Positions 51,809 to 61,735 of a DNA stretch of 64,000 bases are shown in pieces. Under the pieces are notes generated by a model. The model worked only from the letters and a program-made list of their open reading frames with translations, was not told the DNA's origin and ran no database searches. Positions within the stretch are counted from its first letter, which is position 1; each line of letters starts with the position of its first letter. The stretch is from positions 512,001-576,000 of the forward strand of contig CAWEEQ010000004.1 of assembly GCA_963808235.1 (NCBI GenBank), read 5' to 3'. The position numbers were made by a program, and so were the translations under genes. The stretch is from an uncultured delta proteobacterium. GTDB taxonomy: Bacteria; Desulfobacterota; Binatia; Binatales; Binataceae.

Positions 51809-52279
51809 CTAGTCGAGCGCCATCGCGTCGCATTTCATCGCTAGCTTGCGCAGCTCGCTTTCATGCTCGTCGTCTTCGTTCGCGAGTTGGCGGAGCTGAT
51901 TCGAAATCGCCTCGTTGACTGATTCCCACCCGACCGAGGCCAAGCGCAGTTCCGCCGCAAGCGAACCCAGCAGCGCGAGGTCGCCGCTGAGCCGCGCCCA
52001 ATTGTTCGATCCGTCGTGCAGCGGCAGTTCCGGCAGTTTCGCCCATACGTTGCGATCGGCAAGAATCGCGTTCAGCGCTTTCACGTGACGAGCTTCCTTC
52101 TCCGCGAGCGCGATGACGCCGGCCCTAACGTTCTGAGCAGGCAGCATTTCGGCGTGGCGGCGCATCCGCTCGACCAGGCCCTGATTATTTCCCGCGATTA
52201 CCGCGAGCTGCTCGAGCAGGCCGGCCTCACTCGATGCCGACGAACGCAACCTCTGAAAGAATCCCATACCGGTAGCCAT
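51809..52279 (-). CDS. Ferritin-like four-helix-bundle protein
   Basis: Two ExxH-type motifs ('EKEARH', 'EDDEH') at helix-bundle spacing. Confidence 0.6.
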   Translation of the reverse strand: MATGMGFFQRLRSSASSEAGLLEQLAVIAGNNQGLVERMRRHAEMLPAQNVRAGVIALAEKEARHVKALNAILADRNVWAKLPELPLHDGSNNWARLSGDLALLGSLAAELRLASVGWESVNEAISNQLRQLANEDDEHESELRKLAMKCDAMALD

Positions 52280-52375
52280 CTCCCCACCAACGCGCGCTGC
52301 TTTTAGGCCGTGAAATCCCGCGCCGCGACAATAGCTATTGGCATCGCGAACGGCGCTGTCAAGCGGGGCGGACGC

Positions 52376-52915
52376 TCAGGAATTGAATAGTGTGCGCACC
52401 AGTGAGGATTCGCGCCGGAAAAATCCCTGAGTGTGGTACGAATCCTCGAGGTGCAGAATTGCGTAATCTAAGTAATGCCCAATTTCATGCATCAGCGTGC
52501 GCACAAACGTCTTTGGCTTGACCACGTCATGACGCTGCGCCGTGCGCATCCACAGAACGATCGACGGCGGCGTTCGCCTGCGCGGATCGTATGGATAGAA
52601 CAGCCCGTGCAGCTCTCCGCGTGTGTTGCGAGGCCTGACGCCGCGCACCTCGACGCTGACCGGCGCAGCGCCGAGCCCGCGGCATATCTCCGCCGTGAGC
52701 GCGCGAGCGCAGGTGGCAGTCGCCGCGATGTTGTCGGCGTCCAGCGCGCGCATCAGCGCGGCCATCGCATTGCGCGCGGTGTCGCTGGGGACGAGGTCGA
52801 AGCGCTCGACTTCGTCGCTCTTCAGATAGGTTCGCTGCGCGCGCGACGAGAGCCGGTAGAAAAACGCCGGCAGTCGCGTCTCGGAATTTGTGCGCAAGGT
52901 CAGGCCGCTCGCCAC
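52376..52915 (-). CDS. SprT-like zincin metalloprotein
   Basis: 'TLMHEIGHYLD' HExxH motif plus a downstream 'SYHTQGF'. Confidence 0.7.
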   Translation of the reverse strand: MASGLTLRTNSETRLPAFFYRLSSRAQRTYLKSDEVERFDLVPSDTARNAMAALMRALDADNIAATATCARALTAEICRGLGAAPVSVEVRGVRPRNTRGELHGLFYPYDPRRRTPPSIVLWMRTAQRHDVVKPKTFVRTLMHEIGHYLDYAILHLEDSYHTQGFFRRESSLVRTLFNS

Positions 52916-52999
52916 CGCACCTCCATCGGCCGGACACTCACTTCCGGCGCCTCATCCTCTTTCGTATGATCCACGCAATAGGCAGAAGGGGCAACCATC

Positions 53000-53482
53000 A
53001 TGCAACTGACTACCGTCGAAATCGTGAAACCCGCCGATGCCAACGTGATCGTCGGCCAGGCGCATTTTATCAAAACGGTCGAGGACCTTTACGAGGCGCT
53101 GGTGCAGTCGGTTCCCGGAATCAAGTTCGGGCTCGCGTTCTGCGAGGCTTCGGGAGTCTGCCTGATTCGCCATTCCGGCACCGATGCCGAGCTTGAGAAA
53201 ATGGCGATTGAAGCGGCGTCGGCGATCGGCGCCGGCCATGTGTTCGTAGTGATGCTGGGCAACGCGTTTCCGATCAACGTGCTCAATCAGATCAAGTCGG
53301 TGACCGAGGTATGCAACGTATTCTGTGCCACGGCAAATCCACTGCGGCTGGTCGTCGCGGAAGAGGGCGGCGGGCGCGGAGTGATCGGCGTGATCGACGG
53401 CGACTCGCCCAAGGGCGTCGAGAATGCGCAGGACCAGGCCGAGCGCCGCGCGATGATCCGTAAGTTCGGCTACAAGAATTGA
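53000..53482 (+). CDS. Adenosine-specific kinase family (DUF355)
   Basis: Motifs 'GQAHFIKTVEDL', 'FCEASG', 'FPINVLN' and 'CATANP'. Confidence 0.9.
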   Translation: MQLTTVEIVKPADANVIVGQAHFIKTVEDLYEALVQSVPGIKFGLAFCEASGVCLIRHSGTDAELEKMAIEAASAIGAGHVFVVMLGNAFPINVLNQIKSVTEVCNVFCATANPLRLVVAEEGGGRGVIGVIDGDSPKGVENAQDQAERRAMIRKFGYKN

Positions 53483-53544
53483 AGCATCGGGATGGTACAA
53501 TTAGGCATGCGCGCGCTTAAGGTGAGGCGGTATTAACATGGGCG

Positions 53545-56007
53545 GTGGACAGCGCGGGCCGGCGAATCCGGCGAAGAAGAAGCCTGCAAAGCCGACTCCC
53601 GTGGCGGATCCGCGGATGGCGGGTGCGAAATCTCGCGATGGGCGGCGCGTTCCTCGTTCTGTTCGCGATGGGATTCTACCTGGCCCAGCTCTACGGCGAG
53701 ATTTCCGCGATGATCGAGCAGCGCGTCGCCGCGCTGACTTCCGCGATTTACTCCGCGCCCCATCCGATTCGCGCCGGCGATGACGTCGAGCGCAGCGGCC
53801 TGCTCGATCGGCTGGTGCAGCTTGGCTATTCGCAGGTGCCCGCCGCCAATTCTCCCGGCGAGTATACGAAGGCGCCGCGCGCGATCGCGATTTACCTCCG
53901 CCCGTTCCGTTTCGGAGCAACCCACTACCCGGCCGAATTGGTGCGCGTGAGCCTCGCCGGCGAGCGCATTACCGGAGTTGCGGATTCGTTCGGGGTCAAA
54001 AAATCCGAGGCGACTCTCGAGCCTGAAGTTATTGGGCGGCTCCTGCCCGGCGCGCCCGCCGAGCGCGTTGAGGTTCAGCTCCCGGAGTTGAAGCCGTACC
54101 TGGTTAAAGGATTGCTCGCTAACGAAGATCGCTTTTTCTATTACCATCCGGGGATAGATCCGGTTCGCATCGTCAAGTCGGCGTTTGCCGACGTTCGGGC
54201 CCGTCGGCTGCAGGAGGGCGCGAGCACGATCACGCAGCAGCTCGCGCGAACTTTTATGGAGCGGCGCGAGCGCAGCTTCAGCCGCAAATTCCGCGAGCTG
54301 GCGGTCGCCATCGTGCTGGAAGTCCGGCTCCGCAAAGATGAAATCCTCGAGCGCTATATCAACGACGTTCCGATGGGCGAGTACGAGGGTTCGCCGATCG
54401 ACGGGATGCCGCAGGCGGCGCGCTACTTCTTCAACAAGGATCTTGCCGAAGTGACGCCGGCCGAGGCTGCGACGTTGATTGGAATGGTGCAGGCGCCCAC
54501 GCTCTACGATCCGCGGCGGCATCCTGACAATTGCCGGAAGCGGCGCGACGTAGTGCTCGGGGTGATGAAGCGCGCCGGCGTGATCGACGATGCGACCTAC
54601 ACGGCGGCAATCGCGACGCCGATTCAGATCACCAAGCCGCCCGGGCTCCGCCGCGCGCCGTACTTCACCGACTATGTCACCGCCTTCGTGAACAAGATTC
54701 CGGGTTTCGACGGCCATCTCCAGGGACTCAAGGTTTACACGACGCTGGACACTGAGCTGCAGAGCGACGCGGTCGACGCGATCACAGAAAATATCGCGCA
54801 GCTCGAAAAGAACCATCGCCGCCTGCGCCGCGTGAAGAGTGACGAAAAGCTGCAAACCTCGATGATCGCGCTCGATGCCGAGAGCGGTGCGATTCGCGCG
54901 ATGATCGGCGGTCGCGACTACTCCCAGAGCCAGTTTAATCGCGCTGCCAACGCCGAGCGCCAGCCCGGCTCGGCGTTCAAGCCGATCGTGTATCTCGCCG
55001 CGATGGATCCGGAGCGCGCGCCATTTTCTCCGCCCCTGACGCTCGCCTCTCTGCTCCCCGACGAGCCGATGACCTTCGATGGATGGACGCCGGCTAACTA
55101 CGAGAAGACCTATCAGCCGCAAGTCACGGTGGCCGAGGCGCTCTTCGAATCGCTCAACGTGCCGACCGCGTACGTCGGCAGCCGGCTCGGTGCTGGCATG
55201 ATCGTTAAGACTGCGCATGAGATGGGAATCCACGAGGATCTTCCCGCCGTGCTGCCGATTTCGATCGGCGCCGATGAGACCACGCTGCTCGAGCTGACTT
55301 CGGCGTACCAGGTCTTCGCGACCGAGGGCGTGCAATCGGCGCCGTACGCGGTGGAATCGGTCGTCGACGCCAAAGACCATCAGATCTATCAGCACGTCGA
55401 GAACGACAACCGCGTGATTCGTCCGGCCGTCGCGTACCTGATCACCGGCGCGCTGAAGGCCGTGCTTCGTTACGGGACCGGCGCCAGCGCGGGCCGCCTG
55501 GGGCTGGATATTCCCGCCGCCGGTAAAACCGGCACGACCCAAGACTACAAGGACGACTACTTCATCGGCTACACGCCGGAGGTCGTTTGCGGCGTCTGGG
55601 TCGGCTTCGACGAGCCGCAGAGCCTCGGATTGACCGGTGCGCAGGCGGCGCTGCCGGCATGGGTTCAGTTCATGCAGGATGCGGCGCCCGCAGACCCGGA
55701 AGATTTCCCCGAGCCGTCCGGAATCACGATGGCGACGATCGATCCCGAGTCCGGCGGTCTCGCAACCTCGGCCTGTCCGAAGCCGGTCTCGCTGCCATTC
55801 CTCGACGGCACTCAGCCCACCCAGATCTGTCCGCTGCATGGCGGCATGTTTGCCGGCGCGCTTACGCCGCCGCCGCTACCCGGGATGCCTGGCTCGATGC
55901 CTCCGAGTGGATTTCCGCCGCCGCAACCGGTCGCAGCCGCCAGCCCCGCGCAATCCGACGTTTTCAGCAAGGTTGGCAAGTTCCTTAATGGTCTTTTCTC
56001 ACATTAA
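53545..56007 (+). CDS. mrcB: Class A penicillin-binding protein (PBP1B-type)
   Basis: UB2H-like region; transglycosylase 'EDR.FY.H.G' and 'GASTITQQL'; transpeptidase 'SAFK', 'SLN' and 'KTG'. Confidence 0.88.
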   Translation: MDSAGRRIRRRRSLQSRLPWRIRGWRVRNLAMGGAFLVLFAMGFYLAQLYGEISAMIEQRVAALTSAIYSAPHPIRAGDDVERSGLLDRLVQLGYSQVPAANSPGEYTKAPRAIAIYLRPFRFGATHYPAELVRVSLAGERITGVADSFGVKKSEATLEPEVIGRLLPGAPAERVEVQLPELKPYLVKGLLANEDRFFYYHPGIDPVRIVKSAFADVRARRLQEGASTITQQLARTFMERRERSFSRKFRELAVAIVLEVRLRKDEILERYINDVPMGEYEGSPIDGMPQAARYFFNKDLAEVTPAEAATLIGMVQAPTLYDPRRHPDNCRKRRDVVLGVMKRAGVIDDATYTAAIATPIQITKPPGLRRAPYFTDYVTAFVNKIPGFDGHLQGLKVYTTLDTELQSDAVDAITENIAQLEKNHRRLRRVKSDEKLQTSMIALDAESGAIRAMIGGRDYSQSQFNRAANAERQPGSAFKPIVYLAAMDPERAPFSPPLTLASLLPDEPMTFDGWTPANYEKTYQPQVTVAEALFESLNVPTAYVGSRLGAGMIVKTAHEMGIHEDLPAVLPISIGADETTLLELTSAYQVFATEGVQSAPYAVESVVDAKDHQIYQHVENDNRVIRPAVAYLITGALKAVLRYGTGASAGRLGLDIPAAGKTGTTQDYKDDYFIGYTPEVVCGVWVGFDEPQSLGLTGAQAALPAWVQFMQDAAPADPEDFPEPSGITMATIDPESGGLATSACPKPVSLPFLDGTQPTQICPLHGGMFAGALTPPPLPGMPGSMPPSGFPPPQPVAAASPAQSDVFSKVGKFLNGLFSH

Positions 56008-56129
56008 TGTTCCTAATTGGACTTTTCTCACCGCGATTTGCATCGTAATATAGGACTAGAGGCGCCGATTGAAGGAAACGAGTCGAACCTTCGTCTAATC
56101 GGCGATTCGCAGTGGGGCGGGATCACTTA

Positions 56130-57529
56130 ATGCAACGAATCTCTGGATCTGCATGGGCGCTGGCCGCCCTGACGGGTCTCGTGTTGTTTAGTCTTGTTGC
56201 TGCGACCGGATGCATCAACGGCGAGAGCATCACGACTACTTCGCACGAGGGAGCCGCCGCGGCCGACGATCCCGCAGGCGGGGCTACCGCGGCCTCGCGC
56301 AATAGCCCTGCGAACAGTGGCAAGACCGCGCTTCCGACGGCTGGCGACGTGCTCATCGCGGGCGGTGCGAGCGCGACCAATCAGAGCCTCGCGACGGCGG
56401 AATTTTTCGATCCTTCCACGAGCCGATTCTCTTTGACGTCTCCTGCTGCGGCGAGCCGCGCCGGAGCTGCGGCGGCTCCGCTCTCCGGATCCCAGGTGCT
56501 GCTCGACGGCGGCTTCAGCGGAACTGCTGCGATCAAACAATTTTCACTCAATCTCGACGGCAACGTGCTCGGCAGCGCCGAGACTTTCGATCTCGCAAGC
56601 GGCACGTTCTCGGCGGCCGCTCCGATGACGACGCCGCGGATGGCGTTCACGGCGACTGCGCTGAACAACGGCAAGGTCCTGGTGGCCGGTGGACTCGACA
56701 ACAGCAGCAATGTTCTCGACAGCGCCGAGCTTTACGATCCCGCCGAGCGCAAGTTCGTCGCGGTCAGCAATCCGATGAGCGATCGGCGCGTCTTCCACAC
56801 CGCGACGCTATTGCCAAGCGGCAAAGTGCTGTTGACCGGCGGCGCGACCAATCTATCCGGCGACACCACTAACTCCGCCGACCTCTACGATCCCGCATCG
56901 AACTCGTTCAGTCCCACGTCCGCGATGGACCATCAGCGCGCGGCGCATAGCGCGACCTCTTTTCCCTCGGGACCGCTCGCCGGCAAGGTTCTGATCACCG
57001 GCGGAGGCGGCGGCTCGAGCGTTTTCTTCAAGGACAGCAGCGCCGAGATCTACGATCCCGCGTCCCAGCAATTCGTCCTGCTGGCGAGCTTCATGAACGA
57101 GGCGCGCGCGTTGCATAGCGCGACCCTGCTCGACGACGGCAACGTGTTGCTCGCCGGAGGATTCAACGGCTCGGTCGCGATTTCGGGCGGCGTGCTGTCG
57201 GGCGCCTCGGGGCTGATCAGCAACTCGGCCAGATCTTCGATCCGAACTCTCTCGAATTCAGTTGCGTCGGCGGATTCAACGACAACAAACTGCGATGCAA
57301 CCAGTCGATGACCGTCGCGCGCGCCGGTCACACCGCGACGATGCTTGCGAACGGCCCCGGCCCTCATCGCGTGCTGATCGCAGGCGGAATCGGAGCTACC
57401 GATCCTACCGCGCACGGCGTCGCGCTCCGTAGCGCCGAACTCTTCAATCCAGCCGCCGGCGGCAGTTTCAGCGCAGCCGGCTCGATGTCCACCGCGCGCG
57501 CATTCCAGACCGCCACTCTTCTTCACTAG
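56130..57529 (+). CDS. Kelch-repeat beta-propeller lipoprotein, 1-nt frameshift near 57230
   Basis: Lipobox 'AATGC'; repeats 'R..H.AT.L..GKVL..GG...SAE.YDP'. The sequence 'TCGGCC^AGATCTTCGAT' restores SAEIFDP if one G is added. Confidence 0.82.
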
Positions 57530-58386
57530 TCGCGCTGATCGTCGACGCCGTCGGATTCTGACTCGGTACTTGCAACAAACGGCTCGGGCGGATTCGCCGC
57601 GTTAGCCACCAGCCGGCGCGACACGATGATAAACGCCGAATGCGCGATCATCCTGAAATGCGGCCGCACGCTCATCCCCTTTACCTGCCAATGGCGCAGC
57701 AGAGTCTCGAAACTTTCGATCTCGCCGAAGTCGCTGCGCGCCTGCAGCGAATCGACGGTCTCCTTGAGTTGCATCGCGGTCGGAACGTAGCAGACCAGCA
57801 CCGCTCCGGGGCGGAGCGAGTGCGCCGCGACTTCGAGCGCGCGGCCGGGCTCAGCGAGATCGAGGAACATCCGATCGACGCCGGTCTCGTCGAAGCCGGT
57901 GTAGAGGTCGCGCACCTTGAGCGTCCAGTTGGGCGCGTCGCCGAAGAATGCGGCCACGTTCTTGCGCGCCGCGTCGGCGAAGTCCTCGCGCAGTTCGTAT
58001 GAGATTACGCGCCCCGCGGGCCCGACCGCTCTCAACAGCGCGATCGTAAGCGCGCCCGCGCCGGTGCCGCCTTCGATCACCGTCGCGCCCGGAAACACGT
58101 CGCCCCAAACCAGCAGCGGGCCGGTGTCCTTCGGATAAATCACCTGCGACGCGCGCGGCAGATGCGGTATCAGGTCGGCGTAGGTTGGGCGCAGCACCAG
58201 GAACGCCTCTCCGGTCGAGGTTTTTACCCGCGAGCCTTCCTCGACGCCGAACAAATCGTCGGCGCGAATCTCGCCGCGGATGAGCAGTTTCTTGCCCGCC
58301 CGCAGCATCTTCAGGTAGCGGCGGCCCTTGCGATCGATGAAGATTACGGCGTCGTTCTCTTTGAGGCGCGAATCCAAAGTGCTCAA
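57526..58386 (-). CDS. trmI: tRNA (adenine-N1)-methyltransferase; start uncertain (58386-58434)
   Basis: Motifs 'QVIYPKD', 'EGGTGAGALT', 'SYE.REDFA', 'LDL' and 'RP..RM.AH'. Confidence 0.92.
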   Translation of the reverse strand: MSTLDSRLKENDAVIFIDRKGRRYLKMLRAGKKLLIRGEIRADDLFGVEEGSRVKTSTGEAFLVLRPTYADLIPHLPRASQVIYPKDTGPLLVWGDVFPGATVIEGGTGAGALTIALLRAVGPAGRVISYELREDFADAARKNVAAFFGDAPNWTLKVRDLYTGFDETGVDRMFLDLAEPGRALEVAAHSLRPGAVLVCYVPTAMQLKETVDSLQARSDFGEIESFETLLRHWQVKGMSVRPHFRMIAHSAFIIVSRRLVANAANPPEPFVASTESESDGVDDQRD

Positions 58387-58435
58387 CGCTTGCACGCATC
58401 GCGGATACCGCGCAACACGCGGAGCGCGCGCCATT

Positions 58436-59316
58436 CACTTTATTGAATGTGAAACCCGCGGTGGGTTTCACTCTTCATTCGGCAGGGGTGACCCCTGCAC
58501 CCATTAATAAGAGAAGATGCGGGACTGCGTCCCTGTTAGAACTTGTTAACGCGGAGAGGCGCGATGCAATTGATCCTTCCCTGGTTCTCTTTTGTGTCGT
58601 CTTTTTTCTGTGTCATCCCGAGCGAAGCCGAGGGACCCCGGATCTTTCTCGATTCCCGCCGACGCACCTCCAATCACGGCGCGACCGCGACGACTGCCGG
58701 AATGAACGCGGCGCTTAATTTCGCGGATAACCGAGAACGGCGAAATTGTGAATAAGACAGAGGATTACAATAAGCAATCCGCCAAGCGCCAATGCGGCTG
58801 CCAAAGTCTTGACCGACGGAGAAGGCCTCTTCGCGGCAATCGGCCACGCCACCGTGCCCAATGCAAAGATTAGCCAGCCACCGAGTTCCACAAGAACCGG
58901 CCATGAGACCAGAGCGGCAACAGGATGGGAGTTCATCAATACCCACCCACAAGCGCGAGTGCGGCTGCATGGCCGAGATTCATGCTCTCGACGCTCGCAC
59001 GCATCGCGCGCACGGCGCAACGCGCACCACGCCATTCCAGTCGTCGCGGTTGCGCCGTGGTTGGGGCTGCGTCGGCGTGAATCGAGAAAGATCCGGGGTC
59101 CCTCGGCTTCGCTCGGGATGACACAAAAACAAGGACGACACCGAGACTTCACGGCTCTCAATCACGGCGCTCGATCTCAATCACGGCGCTCAAAATGACA
59201 CTCATAAAACTTCTAACAGGGACGAAGTCCCCCATCTTCTCTAGACATTGGGTGCAGGGTCACCCCTGCCCAAGGAAGCCGTGAAACCCACGGCGGGTTT
59301 CACATTCAATCAAGTG
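58436..59316. mobile_element. Nested inverted-repeat cassette (MITE/REPIN-like, no transposase) carrying a small ORF
   Basis: Outer arms 58436-58541 and 59211-59316 (~105 bp) are reverse complements with few mismatches. Inner arms 58594-58704 and 59033-59141 (~110 bp) are as well. Confidence 0.6.
58715..58936 (-). CDS. 73-aa two-TM membrane protein inside the inverted-repeat cassette
   Basis: MNSHPVAALVSW... with two hydrophobic helices; fills most of the unique central spacer. Confidence 0.5.
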   Translation of the reverse strand: MNSHPVAALVSWPVLVELGGWLIFALGTVAWPIAAKRPSPSVKTLAAALALGGLLIVILCLIHNFAVLGYPRN

Positions 59317-59367
59317 ACCGCAAGTACCGGATGAGCTGCTGGATCTCCTCGCACATGACGCCGCCTA

Positions 59368-59445
59368 TTGACTACACGACCCTCCGTCCTTACGTTTGGG
59401 GGTGCGCCCGGCCCGATGGTATCATCCAGTGGCCGGGTCTTTTTC
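59368..59445 (+). promoter_or_regulatory. sigma70-like promoter followed by a terminator-like leader hairpin
   Basis: TTGACT-N17-TACGTT, then CCCGGCC..GATG GTAT CATC..GGCCGGG TCTTTTT. Confidence 0.45.
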
Positions 59446-59500
59446 GTAACATCCAAATCAGATCGGATTTTGACAATTCAAATCGAGAGCGTTTCATTCC

Positions 59501-59671
59501 ATGGCTGAGAAAAAAGCTAAAACCGCGGAGAAGAATGCGGGCCTCCAGCAAAAACACTTCTGTCCCAGTTGCGGCGCCGAGAGCAAGGTGACCAAGTTCG
59601 CCGGCTTCGGCCGCAAGGGCTTCTACCTGGTCTGCGAAAAGGCCTGTGGCTTCGTCGGCCGCACCCGATGA
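59501..59671 (+). CDS. 56-aa zinc-ribbon microprotein (below the ORF-track cutoff)
   Basis: MAEKKAKTAEKNAGLQQKHFCPSCGAESKVTKFAGFGRKGFYLVCEKACGFVGRTR; CxxC...CxxxC; codon usage looks like host genes. Confidence 0.75.
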   Translation: MAEKKAKTAEKNAGLQQKHFCPSCGAESKVTKFAGFGRKGFYLVCEKACGFVGRTR

Positions 59672-59707
59672 TCAGTGAAAGATTGAAAGAGGCACGGGGG
59701 CAGGCAA

Positions 59708-60121
59708 ATGGGTAGAGCGAGAAAAAGCAAGACCTCCAAGCGCGACAAGTACGCTTCGTTCGGCGACATGGCCGACGAGGCGGACGAAGATGCCGACCTT
59801 CCCAAGGACGAAGCCGGGCGGCGAAAGATCAAGCGCCAATACGGCGAGTTGCTCGGGATTCGAATCGAGAAACTGCGCGGGCGAATCCTGAACCGCGAGC
59901 GAATCAACAAGACCATCGAGGGCATCTACTTTATCTGCGCCGGATGCCTCAAGGTCTGCCATTCGCTTGACGACGGTTTGGCCGAAGATCCCGCAAATCT
60001 GAATAATTTATGCGGCGCGTGCGCCAAGTCGCAGACCGCCGCGCGCAACGCGGCAGTCGCGGCTACCGAAAGCAGCGCGCCGGCGCGCAAAACGCCGCGC
60101 AAGCGCGCCGCCGCCCGCTAG
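59708..60121 (+). CDS. Hypothetical Zn-finger protein with basic termini
   Basis: 'CAGC' and 'CGAC' Cys pairs; Lys/Arg-rich ends. Confidence 0.65.
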   Translation: MGRARKSKTSKRDKYASFGDMADEADEDADLPKDEAGRRKIKRQYGELLGIRIEKLRGRILNRERINKTIEGIYFICAGCLKVCHSLDDGLAEDPANLNNLCGACAKSQTAARNAAVAATESSAPARKTPRKRAAAR

Positions 60122-60171
60122 CCGGATTGAACCTGCTTGTGCGCAATACCGCGAAAAGCTAAACAGGGCCG

Positions 60172-61104
60172 ATGTCATTACAGCTGATCCGTCCCGACAT
60201 CAATCTCGATTTCGTCGGGAAGCGTTTTTTCTTCGTGCTCCTTTCGACCGCGATCAATATCGCGGCGATCGTGTTGCTCTTCACCAAGGGCCTTAACTAC
60301 GGGGTCGATTTCGTCGGCGGCAGCGTCGCGCAAGTTGAATTCACCACTCGCACCAATGGCGACGCGATCCGCGCCGCGCTCGCGCCGCTCGACCTCGGCG
60401 AAGTTACCGTGCAGGACTTCGGTAAGGCGGGGCAGTCGTTCCTGGCCCGATTCGAGGCAATCAAGAATATCGGCAGCATCGGGCCCAAACTCGAAGAGGC
60501 ATTGAACAAAGTCTACGGCCCCGGCGTTGCGAAGGTGGTGCGAGTTGAGAGCGTCGGCGCCAAGGTCGGCAGCGATCTCCGCCGCAAGGGCTTTCTCGCG
60601 GTTATCATCGCGACCATCTTTATGGGCGTGTACATCGCGATCCAGTTCCGCCACGTGAGCTGGAGCTTCGGTGCGGGCGCCGTGATCGCGCTGATTCACG
60701 ACGTGCTGGTGGTGATGGGCGCGCTGGTCATCAGCCAGTTCCAGTTCGATTTGACGACGCTGGCCGCGGTGCTGACCGTGATCGGCTACTCGGTGCATGA
60801 CACCATCATCGTGTCGGATCGTATCCGCGAGGATTCCGCCAAACGGCGCCGCGAACCGATCGCGCAAATTATGAATCGTGCGATCAACGAGACTCTGTCG
60901 CGCACCATCCTGACCTCGGGGACCGCGATCGTGGTGCTGATCTCGCTGCTCGCATTCGGCGGCCCGATCCTGCGCCCCTCGGCGTTCACGCTGCTGGTCG
61001 GATTCATCACCGGAACCTACTCGTCGATCTACATCGCAGGCCCGGTGGTCCTTTTCTGGGAAGGCAAATCGAAGCTAGGCACAGTCTCCTCCCGCGCCGC
61101 TTGA
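60172..61104 (+). CDS. secF: Protein translocase subunit SecF
   Basis: Motifs 'LNYGVDF.GG', 'HDV', 'IGYS..DTI.V.DRIRE', 'TLSRT' and 'GTYSS.YIA'. Confidence 0.95.
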   Translation: MSLQLIRPDINLDFVGKRFFFVLLSTAINIAAIVLLFTKGLNYGVDFVGGSVAQVEFTTRTNGDAIRAALAPLDLGEVTVQDFGKAGQSFLARFEAIKNIGSIGPKLEEALNKVYGPGVAKVVRVESVGAKVGSDLRRKGFLAVIIATIFMGVYIAIQFRHVSWSFGAGAVIALIHDVLVVMGALVISQFQFDLTTLAAVLTVIGYSVHDTIIVSDRIREDSAKRRREPIAQIMNRAINETLSRTILTSGTAIVVLISLLAFGGPILRPSAFTLLVGFITGTYSSIYIAGPVVLFWEGKSKLGTVSSRAA

Positions 61105-61135
61105 AGAAATCTTTCTCCTCTCTTGCCGCGTTTGT

Positions 61136-61171
61136 TCCCCTTCCACTAGGGGGAAGGGGTTAGGGGTTAGG
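61136..61171. repeat. REP-like hairpin, family B
   Basis: CCCCTTCC-ACTAGG-GGGAAGGGG followed by TTAGGGGTTAGG. Confidence 0.55.
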
Positions 61172-61492
61172 TTGCCGACAACATTGAAAACCGGACGCGG
61201 CATCTACGCTGTCGAAGATGCCGCCCCAATCGAGCGCAGCGCGGACTCGATCGTGCTGACGCTCAAGCTCATGCGCGCCGACGGAATCGAGAACGTCGCG
61301 CTACGAGTGAAGATCGCAACGACGGTTCTGCGCGGCGATGACGTTTCACCTGAAAAAATGATCGAACTACTGGGCCCGTGGCTCGAGCGCGAGTTCGAGC
61401 AGACTCGCGAGGCCGCGCTGAAGACTATCCGCACCGAGCGCAAGCTGCTGGAAATTTCGTTCGACGCAACGAACCCAGGCCCCTTCGCGTAG
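61172..61492 (+). CDS. Hypothetical protein
   Basis: 106-aa ORF with protein-like composition, codirectional with its neighbours. Confidence 0.6.
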   Translation: MPTTLKTGRGIYAVEDAAPIERSADSIVLTLKLMRADGIENVALRVKIATTVLRGDDVSPEKMIELLGPWLEREFEQTREAALKTIRTERKLLEISFDATNPGPFA

Positions 61493-61529
61493 CAGGCTGC
61501 GCGCCCGATTCCCGGCTAGAGGTTGCACC

Positions 61530-61691
61530 GGCGAGCGTCGAGAAAGATCCGGGATTCTTCGCTTTGCTCAGAATGACAAGTGCGGCTGTGCACTCTTTTG
61601 GGAATGAAACGAAGCGGCCGCTCACTCTCGTGTCGGCGCGCGTCGAGAAAGATTCGGGATTCTTCGCTTTGCTCAGAATGACAGGTGCGGC
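61530..61691. repeat. REP-like family A, tandem pair
   Basis: Two ~57-bp direct copies at 61530-61586 and 61635-61691. Confidence 0.8.
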
Positions 61692-61735
61692 GCTTCAGCA
61701 TTCGCGCTATACGATCGGAACGGAGGAACCTCACG

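Noticed and set aside
53533-55839. 768-aa minus-strand ORF, and similar long antisense ORFs (35549-37015, 5228-6253, 27960-29159, 62443-63519)
   Set aside because: They overlap well-supported genes on the opposite strand and are typical high-GC shadow frames without motifs.
58436-59316. Possible CRISPR repeats (ATTGAATGTGAAAC with hairpins)
   Set aside because: Only two copies, in inverted orientation, with no regular spacers and no cas genes.
61160-61171. Telomere-like TTAGGG repeats
   Set aside because: Only two units; they form the tail of the family B REP hairpin.
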